A stretch of 62,094 nucleotides of DNA, counting the filler. It is 5 parts of 5 records of this genome, joined end to end, with 100 filler letters (N's around TTAATTAATTAA, not from the genome) between each part and the next. Parts side by side here need not be neighbours in the genome. Positions count along the whole stretch, not along the records: positions 1 to 24,944 come from DRR723986_23490; 4 more parts are not named here. One strand, 5' to 3'. Of the stretch, positions 1 through 8,428 are shown piece after piece (position 1 is the first letter of the stretch; the number at the start of each line of letters is the position of its first letter). The position numbers and the translations under genes are program-made. The notes beneath the pieces were generated by a model. The model made no database searches. It had not been told where the DNA came from and saw only the letters and a list, made by a program, of their open reading frames with translations.

Positions 1-130
1 TGCTGCCCTGGTTGCTGCTGCCCTGGTTGTTGCTGTCCCGGTCGCTGCTGTCCCGGTTGCTGCTGTCCCGGTTGCTGCTGTCCTGGTTGCTGCTGCCCTG
101 GTTGCTGGCCGGGTTGCTGCTGAGCTGGCC
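1..130 (-). repeat. Coding 15-bp tandem repeat encoding (QQQPG)n
   Basis: Repeated ccctggttgctgctg / tcccggttgctgctg units on the + strand, about 7-8 degenerate copies, in frame with the 3-3284 ORF. Confidence 0.9.
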
Positions 131-3100
131 CTTGCTGCTGAGGCTCCTGGCCGTCTTCTGGCGAATCGCCACCACGATTGCCCTCGTCCTCGCGGGAATC
201 TTGTGTTTGCCGGCCATCTTGTGCTTGCTGGCTATTTTGTGCTTGCTGGTTCTGCGAAGCTCCTTGTTGTTCTGCCTGTTCGCTGCTTCGCCCCCGTTCG
301 ACTTGGTTGGCAAGCTGCTCGAGCTGCTCTGCAGCCCTTTGCAACGACTCAACTTCGTTACCAAGCACAGCCTCGGCGGCGTTTTCTATGCTCTCACGTA
401 ACGCCCCCAAGTCTTCCAAAGCATCGGAGGCTTCCCCAAGTGCCGGGGCGACCATGTTCTGCTCCAGCAATTGCGAAGATAGGTCGAGGCGTTCTCGTAA
501 GTTCCCTCGTTCGGCATCGCGGAAGCCATCGTAAAGCTCTTCAGCGAGAAGCGGCTCCGTTGCTTCGGCCTGTTCAATAGTTTCTTTCATTCTCTCAAGC
601 AACTGCTCCAACTGCTGAGCCTGGGCGTCGAGTTTCTCGTGCGTCGCGGACCGATCGTCGCCGCTTCGCAGTCCAGCTTCATCGGAATCTTGCGGCTGGC
701 GGAGTTCTTGGATGATTTCCTGTTGCTCTTCCTCTAACTTGCGAGCTTCGGAGCGCATCTGCTGCATCGTCTCCGTGAACTGGCCGGCAACCTCTTCACG
801 GAGTTGTTCTTCCATATTGCTAAGTTGCTCCTGGCTACGCGTCCCCTCCGTCAACGCTTGGGAGGTGTCTCCATCGCGAAGTGCTTGATTGGTCTGCTGG
901 AGCTGCTCGCGGACTTCCTCCATTTGCTGACGGGATTCGTCCAACGCCTCGTTGGCAGGATCGTCCATCCGCTGAGCAAGTTCATCCGCTTCTCGTAGGA
1001 GTTCTTGCTGTTGTTCGCGAAGTCGTTTGAGTTGTTCTTCTAACTCGCGGCGTTTTTCTTCATCCGCGGTCTGTAGTTCAGCCTGAATCTGCCGAAGTTG
1101 GTCATTGATATCGGACTGCCGCATTGCCAACTCACGTAGCCGCGAGAGCACTTGCCGAACCTCGGCCTGCTCTTGCTCTTCAGGATCGGTGGCGAGCCGT
1201 TCCTCCTGGTAGTTGTTCTCTCTGGCGTCCATCCGTAGTTGATCAATCTGTTGTTGCCGAGAGCTCCGGCTAGACTGTTGTTGAGACTGCTGTGACTGAT
1301 TCTGTGCCATGGAAATCTCGTGCTCACGGCTCTGCATCCGCAGCAGCTCTTGGTAGGCCCTCTGCTGTGCGTCTAAGGCACTGGACAGCCGCTTCGCGGA
1401 AGGGTCTGCGCTGGCAGTTGTGAGTGAAGCGATCGACTCCTGCATTTGCTCTCGTGCGGATGTTACAAACTGTTGCGCCTCGGGCGGAGTTTCCTGCGCT
1501 TTTTCCTCAAGCTGCTGCAGCGCGGTCGATTGTGCCTCCAGTAGTACCTGGATGTCTTCGCTTCCCTCGAGAGTTTCGTCGCTCGCGCGCCGAAAAACAT
1601 TCCATGTACCGGAGATGATCTCCTTCTGCAGGTCCAGCAGTTCGCTTGTTTGCTGTGCGCCTTCTCTGCCGCCTTGCTGTTGTTGCTGCTGCTGTGCGCG
1701 TTGTTGTTCCTGCTCGGTAGGCTGTTGGCCTTGACGGTAGATTTCGTCAAACGGACGCACCTCAACCAAAAACCGATCGCCAAGCTCTCTGCGGGCTACG
1801 CCGTCGCTGCCAAGATCCTCTGCCCAAACGTAGTAAGATAGCAATTGCCCAGCCTCAGCGGACAATTCTTCGAATGCGATCGTCGTGCTGAAACTAGAAC
1901 GCTTGCCAGCGCCAGTCGACAGCAACTCAAGCTCGACGGGATCTTTGCCAGCCAGACTATAAACAATTCCGGCGTTTCCCAATGCAAAGTCATCACGGAT
2001 CTCGGCGGCGATGCTAAATTCTTCGAGTGGCGAAACCTGCCCATCCCCTCCGGCGGTAAGCTTGATCGTGGGTTTGCGGTTTTCAGTCACTCTTACCTGA
2101 AGCGTAGTTGGTAAATCATTTTCTCGCCCATCACTATCGGTTAGCACAACGGTCCAAGTCTGTGATTTGCGCGGTACGCTGGAGAACTCCCATAGCAACG
2201 GATCAGAAGCTGACTGAACTGCAGCAGCGACTTCCCCATCACCGTCTGTTAACGAAACCGATTCGATCGGTTTGTTCACATACAACGACCAAGAAACGGT
2301 AGAACCCAGGGGAACCGTAATCCTACGCGTATCAAGGATTTCGCGGGTTTCTCCCGGAACATACTTCGGTAGCAAAAGAGTCGCATCGGAGCGCACCAAC
2401 TCGGGCAGATCGAACACAGTTACTCGATAGCGCCGCGTCTGCTTGCCATCATACTGGACCCAGTATTCGAGGGGTTCATTCACATTGCCAAGGTAGGCTG
2501 CGAACTCAAGGTCCGAGAGCGCAGACTTCATCGGCACTGAATTGAACTGCTCAGCAGACTCATCTTCACCTAATGCAGTCGCCTGATTCTCATCACCTCC
2601 AAGCTGAGCAGATTCCGCAGAAGAGAAGCAAACTGCGTTATTTGGCGCGCCGCCTGGAAACTGCGTCAGCACGATGAGACTGCTGCCACGCTGAAATTCG
2701 ACATCACCTGGAGAAACGATCGGTTCAGCTCCAGGAACCAACGGGACGACCGGCTCGACTTCCTCACGGATCGTTTCGGCTACATAATCCGGCATCGCCC
2801 AGAGCTGCTTTCCGGTGTACGCCGCGAGCAGCATCGCAACAAACGTGCTGCACCATGCGAGCCCCATGCGTTGCGAAGAGACAAGGGAACGCCAATCGTT
2901 GAGCGTATCATGCCGAACCGCTTGATTAATCACACTTGATTGTAGATAGCTGAACGTTCCATCGGTATTCATCGGTCGCTGCTGTGCGGCCGTCACCAAA
3001 TTCTGGTGGAGTTCCGGATAACGCTTCTCGACTTGATCGACCACTTGCGACGAGCTGCGGAAGCCCAAGATGCCTTTGAGCAGAATGAAGGTGACACAGC

Positions 3101-3284
3101 CAACACCGAGCAATAGCCAGCACCAACGTGCTGCGGGCGTAATAGCCCCGTCAACCGCGGAACCCAGGATGGCATATCCAGCCACCGCGAACACCGCAAA
3201 TGCGGCAGCGAGTTGCCAGCCGAGTTCGAATCGACGAAGTCGTGCGGCGACGGCACGCAGCCGCCTGCTTAGACGATCATCCAT
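3..3284 (-). CDS. Large membrane-anchored coiled-coil protein (DUF4175-like, planctomycete type); 3' end truncated by window edge
   Basis: Not in the ORF track because it has no stop in the window. ATG at 3284 follows GGAG (MDDRLSRRLRAVAARLRRFELGWQ...). It has hydrophobic N-terminal segments. Spot translation in the same frame gives LVRSDATLLLPKY, EIRDDFALG, LSYYVWAED and LVEVRPFDEIYRQ, then Q/E-rich helices and a QQQPG tail. It is the last gene of the MoxR/DUF58/BatA operon. I did not check every codon for stops. Confidence 0.8.
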   Translation of the reverse strand, partial: MDDRLSRRLRAVAARLRRFELGWQLAAAFAVFAVAGYAILGSAVDGAITPAARWCWLLLGVGCVTFILLKGILGFRSSSQVVDQVEKRYPELHQNLVTAAQQRPMNTDGTFSYLQSSVINQAVRHDTLNDWRSLVSSQRMGLAWCSTFVAMLLAAYTGKQLWAMPDYVAETIREEVEPVVPLVPGAEPIVSPGDVEFQRGSSLIVLTQFPGGAPNNAVCFSSAESAQLGGDENQATALGEDESAEQFNSVPMKSALSDLEFAAYLGNVNEPLEYWVQYDGKQTRRYRVTVFDLPELVRSDATLLLPKYVPGETREILDTRRITVPLGSTVSWSLYVNKPIESVSLTDGDGEVAAAVQSASDPLLWEFSSVPRKSQTWTVVLTDSDGRENDLPTTLQVRVTENRKPTIKLTAGGDGQVSPLEEFSIAAEIRDDFALGNAGIVYSLAGKDPVELELLSTGAGKRSSFSTTIAFEELSAEAGQLLSYYVWAEDLGSDGVARRELGDRFLVEVRPFDEIYRQGQQPTEQEQQRAQQQQQQQGGREGAQQTSELLDLQKEIISGTWNVFRRASDETLEGSEDIQVLLEAQSTALQQLEEKAQETPPEAQQFVTSAREQMQESIASLTTASADPSAKRLSSALDAQQRAYQELLRMQSREHEISMAQNQSQQSQQQSSRSSRQQQIDQLRMDARENNYQEERLATDPEEQEQAEVRQVLSRLRELAMRQSDINDQLRQIQAELQTADEEKRRELEEQLKRLREQQQELLREADELAQRMDDPANEALDESRQQMEEVREQLQQTNQALRDGDTSQALTEGTRSQEQLSNMEEQLREEVAGQFTETMQQMRSEARKLEEEQQEIIQELRQPQDSDEAGLRSGDDRSATHEKLDAQAQQLEQLLERMKETIEQAEATEPLLAEELYDGFRDAERGNLRERLDLSSQLLEQNMVAPALGEASDALEDLGALRESIENAAEAVLGNEVESLQRAAEQLEQLANQVERGRSSEQAEQQGASQNQQAQNSQQAQDGRQTQDSREDEGNRGGDSPEDGQEPQQQGPAQQQPGQQPGQQQPGQQQPGQQQPGQQRPGQQQPGQQQPGQ

Positions 3285-3330
3285 TTTGCATCTCCGATTC
3301 GAGCCGTAGTTTTCGTTTCAAGCCTGTAGA

Positions 3331-5502
3331 TCAGGCTGCAGGCTGTTGCTTCGCAGGACTTTTTCTCAGCGTCAGCAAGGATTCGACGGCAAGCAGCAAG
3401 ACGCCTGCGGCGATTAGCCATTGCCAAACCTTCTGGCGTTGTTCGAGCTGTTCTATTTTCAACTGCTCCGCCTCGGCCAGCAGCTCCTCTGCACTTGCAA
3501 CTTCACCCGTCGTCACCCCAAAAGCTTCAACGGCATCGCCGTCTGCTGGTGCATGATTGCGTTCTTTCCGCGGAACGATGGCGGTAATGCTCCATTGTTC
3601 GTCCGGTGTCGAAACCTTGTAATTCCCGGGCAACAGCAGTTGAGTGTCTTCCCCATCGGCGCGCAACGCTTGACCATCGACCGTTCCCAGGTAGGCGATC
3701 TGCATTTCGTCGGTGGCCTCAAATGACTCACCAACTTCGACCGTCTGATTCCGCGGTTGATTTGTTGGACGATTCAGAATCCCTTGGAGAATTGGCACAA
3801 ACTTGCTGGAGAGCGCCAATGAACTGTTGGACGTTTGCCATCCCGTCGTCAGCAACCAGACCGTTCCAGGGGAATTGGATGATTCCTTGCCCGGAATAGA
3901 TTTGACCGCCAGCAGTGGTTCGCCGCCCTCCAGCGATGCGATGACCCGCAGTGACTGTCTGGAAGAGCCTTCGGTTCGACCGTCCGAGTCCAACGATTCA
4001 GCCCCCATTTTCGCTCGCGCGAGTCCGTCCCACTCTACGGATTGATACTCCCAGATTCTGATCTTGGAGAAATCGTTAAACCGGGGATCCGCAAAGGGAG
4101 TAAACACCGGGTGCGAGTAGTCAACGCGTTCGATCAATGCGAAGTCGTCGACTTGGCCAACCGAGATCCCCACCGATTCATCAAGAAGCAAATCACCGAC
4201 CAACCGTCCAACCTGCCCCATATCGCCGCGGTAACTGGAGAGGCAAACGAGCACGTTTCCACCGGACTGAAGATACTCTTTAATGGGCCCAAAATACTCC
4301 TCGGGAACTTGAACCGGATCAACAATGACCGACGCTGGCTCCTGCAGCATTCTCATCGCGAACTCAGCGGGAGACGTGTTATCGGTCTGAAGTGTGACCA
4401 CCGTCCGCACGGTGTCAGAAGTATTTAGCGGCGCTTTGGACAGAAAATAGTCCAGTCGACTCGCCGGTTCGGCGGGCTGCGGCGAGCTCAAAAACAGGAT
4501 CTCCTCGGTCCGCTTTCGACGCGCAACGATGCTCTGGGTATTGTCCGCATCCCAGCCGTCACCATCGAGTGCAACGCGAACGGCAGTCTCCGGTGGCCGT
4601 CCCAAGGAAACGACACGTGTTCGTCCTGGCGGTAGCTGTATCTGCGACTCGGCAGTCCGATTTCCGGCACTATCTTCTAGGCCAACAGTGAATACGCTTG
4701 TGGCCGACTCTTCGCAATTATCGACACGAACACGTAGTGCTCCCGGCTTGTTGGCAAGCGGCGGCAGGATTTCGATCGAGGCATTGTTACTCTCGGCCGA
4801 ATCGACCTGACGTATATCGAGAGTGACGCGCTCCGGCCAGTCGTATCCTTGTAATCCATCAATGCCACATCCCTGATGCAAATCACTGATTAAGATTATG
4901 GAGTCCGAAACGCTCGGTGCATCGTTGCCCTGGATGCTTACCGAAACCAATTCATCGGCAATGGAGCGAATGCCTTCTGCTAAATCGCCGGCCAACCATG
5001 TCGGCTCCAGGGACTCGATGTCCTCGAGCCCCGAAGTCTGTGAATCAACCGTGGATAGATCACTAGACTCAATCGAAATGACCGGCACGGCCCCTGAATC
5101 GATCGTGTACAGGCACAGTTGGTCGTTCTCACCGAGTTCACTGATGGCTTCCCGCGCCGTCGCTATCGCTTCGCTCCAGACTGCAGATCGCGTCATGCTA
5201 GCGCTGGTGTCGATAGCAATAACGACACGCCGATTAGCCAGTTCGGCCGCGGTGGTCATGAACTGCCGGAAGAATGGCCTAGCAAATGCAACCGCGAGCA
5301 GAACCAGAACCAAGGCCCGCAGTAAAAGTAGAAGCCAGTCATCGACTCGACTTCGACGTGTCAATTGCGGCGGTGACGGCTTGAGGAACATCAGCGAGCT
5401 AAACTGTGCCTGTCCCTTCGGTTGGCGGCGAATCAGGTGAAATAGAATCGGACCAGCGACAGCCAGAGCCGCTAGCGCGTACAACGGAGCAAGCAATCCC
5501 AT
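3331..5502 (-). CDS. BatA N-terminal + vWA domain membrane protein
   Basis: N-terminal BatA-type motif PILFHLIRRQ...FSSLMFL...LLLLLRALVLVLLAVAFARP, MIDAS-like DTSASM, and a C-terminal TM segment (WQWLIAAGVLLLAVES). Confidence 0.88.
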   Translation of the reverse strand: MGLLAPLYALAALAVAGPILFHLIRRQPKGQAQFSSLMFLKPSPPQLTRRSRVDDWLLLLLRALVLVLLAVAFARPFFRQFMTTAAELANRRVVIAIDTSASMTRSAVWSEAIATAREAISELGENDQLCLYTIDSGAVPVISIESSDLSTVDSQTSGLEDIESLEPTWLAGDLAEGIRSIADELVSVSIQGNDAPSVSDSIILISDLHQGCGIDGLQGYDWPERVTLDIRQVDSAESNNASIEILPPLANKPGALRVRVDNCEESATSVFTVGLEDSAGNRTAESQIQLPPGRTRVVSLGRPPETAVRVALDGDGWDADNTQSIVARRKRTEEILFLSSPQPAEPASRLDYFLSKAPLNTSDTVRTVVTLQTDNTSPAEFAMRMLQEPASVIVDPVQVPEEYFGPIKEYLQSGGNVLVCLSSYRGDMGQVGRLVGDLLLDESVGISVGQVDDFALIERVDYSHPVFTPFADPRFNDFSKIRIWEYQSVEWDGLARAKMGAESLDSDGRTEGSSRQSLRVIASLEGGEPLLAVKSIPGKESSNSPGTVWLLTTGWQTSNSSLALSSKFVPILQGILNRPTNQPRNQTVEVGESFEATDEMQIAYLGTVDGQALRADGEDTQLLLPGNYKVSTPDEQWSITAIVPRKERNHAPADGDAVEAFGVTTGEVASAEELLAEAEQLKIEQLEQRQKVWQWLIAAGVLLLAVESLLTLRKSPAKQQPAA

Positions 5503-6497
5503 TAGGTCACCCCCTTACTCGAGGTGCGACCGAGTGTTTCCGACGCAGGCTTCTGTGCACAATCACGAGCGAGGACGGTGCGTCGACCGCTGATCAACTC
5601 CAGCAAAGCGACCTCGAACGGCATGTCCGTGGCCACCGTCAGCAGACGAACACCTCGACGGTGACAAATGTCTGCAAGCCGAGCTTCGTGGTCATCGAAC
5701 CGCTTCTTGTAAGTTGCTTTTGCCTCGGCAGGATCGATATAAATCTCCTTGCCGCTTTCGAGGTCGCGAAGCATACCGCTGGATGGCAACCGAAAATCAA
5801 TCTCATTGCGATCCAAGACACGAATAGCAACCATGTCATGCCCGCGGCCCAGCAGGTAGCCAAGCGGCTGGAAGAGCGGCTCCAACTCGGTAAGAAAATC
5901 GCTGAGAATGATCACCAACCCACGCCGCTTGCTCAACGCAGCTAGTTCTTCCAAGGAAGCAGCAAGGTCCGGCGAAAGCTTTTCGCTGTCGCGTGCGAGC
6001 AGGTCAAAAATCTGCTGAAGATGTCCTTTGCGAGTCCGCGGTGGAATGAAATCCTTGGCTGACCCGCCGAGAGAAAACGCCCCGACAGCATCGCGTTGCA
6101 TCGACAGGAAATACGCGAGGGTCGCGGCCATGGTCCGAGAATACTCAGCCTTGGTGATCTCACCTGCCCCGTATTCCATCGATTTGCTGTGATCGATCGC
6201 AATCATCGACCGCCGGTTCGTTTCATCTTCGAATTGTTTGACGTAATAGCGATCGGTCCTGGCAAGCAACTTCCAATCCAGGTTTCGCAGGTCATCGCCA
6301 ACACTGTAGGGACGATACTCAGCAAACTCGACAGAGAAACCTCTCAAAGGGCTACGATGCAAGCCGCTTGTAAAGCCATCAACAACTGCCTTAGCTCTCA
6401 GACTCAGACTCTTGATCTGCATCAGCGCAGTGGGGTCCAGGAACGAGCTGCGTCGCTGCGTGGATTGATTCGTTTCGATAGCGCTGGCCACTGGCAA
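5502..6497 (-). CDS. DUF58 family protein (MoxR-associated, vWA-like)
   Basis: GLHRSPLRGFSVEFAEYRPYSVGDDLRNLDWK...YYVKQFEDET, DHSKSM and VIILSDF. Lies directly downstream of MoxR. Confidence 0.93.
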   Translation of the reverse strand: MPVASAIETNQSTQRRSSFLDPTALMQIKSLSLRAKAVVDGFTSGLHRSPLRGFSVEFAEYRPYSVGDDLRNLDWKLLARTDRYYVKQFEDETNRRSMIAIDHSKSMEYGAGEITKAEYSRTMAATLAYFLSMQRDAVGAFSLGGSAKDFIPPRTRKGHLQQIFDLLARDSEKLSPDLAASLEELAALSKRRGLVIILSDFLTELEPLFQPLGYLLGRGHDMVAIRVLDRNEIDFRLPSSGMLRDLESGKEIYIDPAEAKATYKKRFDDHEARLADICHRRGVRLLTVATDMPFEVALLELISGRRTVLARDCAQKPASETLGRTSSKGVT

Positions 6498-6533
6498 GAT
6501 CTGTCTTAAAGGTTCTTGAAGTCGATCGATGCT

Positions 6534-7535
6534 CTACGATTGAACACTCTTCAGGAGGTCGTCGATGCAGTCTTCAATCGTTATCCCTTCAGCCTCGGCA
6601 CGATAATTGAGAAGCACGCGGTGCCGCAGCGTTGGTGCCGCCAGAAATCGAATATCTTCGATGGAAGCGTGTGCTCGCTCTTGCAGCAGAGCACGGGCCT
6701 TGGCGCCGAGTACCAGTGTTTGGGCAGCTCTCAAACCAGCACCCCAGGACACCCACTCATTCACAAACTTCGTTGCCAACTCTCGTCCGGGACGGGTCGC
6801 CTCGACCAAGCGAACTGCGTAGTCGGCGGTTTCACGAGCAATCGGAACTCGCCGAACCACCTCTTGGAACTTAAGCACATCCTCACCGCTAAACAGCTTT
6901 TCGATCCGCTCAGGACGCTGAGACGTTGTCTTCAGCACGACGTCCAACTCTTCCTCATGGGGCAAATAGTCGATCAAGACGTTGAACATGAAACGATCGA
7001 GCTGGGCCTCGGGCAGGGGATAGGTGCCTTCCATTTCGATCGGGTTCTGAGTCGCCAGTACGAAGAAGGGTTCATCCAGTTGATAACGTTTTCCGGCAAC
7101 CGTTACCTGGTGTTCCTGCATCGCCTCCAACAATGCGGCTTGGGTTTTCGGAGGCGTACGATTGATTTCATCTGCCAGGATCACGTTGGCAAAAATCGGC
7201 CCCTTTGCGAACTCAAGAGCGCGACGACCATCCGCAGTCTGCTCCAGAATTTCGGTGCCGGTGATATCCGACGGCATCAGGTCAGGCGTAAATTGAATAC
7301 GCTGGAAATTCAGATCGAATATCTCAGCAACACTTCGAACCAGCAACGTCTTAGCTAAGCCCGGTGCGCCAGTAATAAGACAGTGGCCGCCGCCAAGCAA
7401 GCTAATCAACAACTGCTGCACGACATCCTTCTGCCCGACGATCGTCTTGGAAAGCTCGGAATCTATCCGGTCGCGACTCGAAAGCAGATGCTCAACGATG
7501 CTTCGCTCTTCTTCGTTGCTGACTTCCACACTCAC
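6534..7535 (-). CDS. moxR: MoxR-family AAA+ ATPase
   Basis: Walker A GAPGLAKT, RIQFTPDLMPSDITG, Walker B ILADEINR, and ATQNPIEMEGTYPLPEAQLDRF. Confidence 0.96.
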   Translation of the reverse strand: MSVEVSNEEERSIVEHLLSSRDRIDSELSKTIVGQKDVVQQLLISLLGGGHCLITGAPGLAKTLLVRSVAEIFDLNFQRIQFTPDLMPSDITGTEILEQTADGRRALEFAKGPIFANVILADEINRTPPKTQAALLEAMQEHQVTVAGKRYQLDEPFFVLATQNPIEMEGTYPLPEAQLDRFMFNVLIDYLPHEEELDVVLKTTSQRPERIEKLFSGEDVLKFQEVVRRVPIARETADYAVRLVEATRPGRELATKFVNEWVSWGAGLRAAQTLVLGAKARALLQERAHASIEDIRFLAAPTLRHRVLLNYRAEAEGITIEDCIDDLLKSVQS

Positions 7536-7597
7536 AGTTGTTTCCTTGAGTTCGTCGATGTTTAGCAGGGTTGCGGATACGTCTGATCAACGGGTAC

Positions 7598-8428
7598 CTA
7601 GTGGGTCATCGCATAAGTGACGATGTTGACTCCGAGCGGATAGGACTTCTTTACTGAGTAATCTCGAAAGTAGTCCGGATGCGTGCCTTCTTGTTCCCAA
7701 GCGTCGCCAATGTCGGTGTTGTGACAGATGAACACCATGATGCGTCCATTGTCGTCTGAGATCGCCCGGTAGTGTACGGTCTCGCTATCGCCATAGTGGC
7801 GACTTTCGTGCGTTTGAAATCGCCAGTTGCCCCAAGGGTCATAGGCCGGAACCTGCGGACGTTCCTTGAGGTCGTAGACCATGTGGAAGATGGGATGCTC
7901 TAGTGGCACGTCCACAGGTGTGCGATCCGGGAAGACTTTCTTCATTTCATTTGCGAAGTTGCGCCATTCGTCATCTCCCCAGAAATCATCCACCATCATA
8001 AAGCCGCCGTTTTCGCAGAACCGACGCAACCCCTGGACTTCCGGGGGACTGAGCGACATTAATCCCGGTTCGATCATATAAACAAACGGGTAACGGAACA
8101 GCTCCGGTGAATCTAAACGCACAATCGCGGGATTGGGGTTCACCTTCATACTGGTAAGTTGATGAAGTCTCAGCGAGAAATTAAGGTCGCTGTCTGGATA
8201 GTCGGTCCGCCATTTTCCTCGGCGACCGCCCCAGCGATCATCAAACTGAACGCGGGCGAACGTAAAGACATCTGTTTCAAAATTTGCGTCAGTTTCCCAC
8301 ACTGGCACTCCACCGCGTGAGTCCCGGCGGTAACCTCCCCGCCAGTCGCGTTGCATGGCGACAACTGATGCAGCGAGTGCTGACACCGCGACAAGCGCGA
8401 CTATGCTGAGCTTAATCGTCTTATTCAT
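7598..8428 (-). CDS. DUF4159 family exported protein
   Basis: Signal peptide, W.TDYPDSDLNF, YPFVYMIEPG, GGFMMVDDFWG, HPIFH and NTDIGDAWE...GVNIVTYAMTH. Confidence 0.88.
   Translation of the reverse strand: MNKTIKLSIVALVAVSALAASVVAMQRDWRGGYRRDSRGGVPVWETDANFETDVFTFARVQFDDRWGGRRGKWRTDYPDSDLNFSLRLHQLTSMKVNPNPAIVRLDSPELFRYPFVYMIEPGLMSLSPPEVQGLRRFCENGGFMMVDDFWGDDEWRNFANEMKKVFPDRTPVDVPLEHPIFHMVYDLKERPQVPAYDPWGNWRFQTHESRHYGDSETVHYRAISDDNGRIMVFICHNTDIGDAWEQEGTHPDYFRDYSVKKSYPLGVNIVTYAMTH

Noticed and set aside
12-2302. Leu-rich and other short + strand ORFs such as 12-401
   Set aside because: They are antisense shadows of the Gln-rich minus-strand gene 3-3284.
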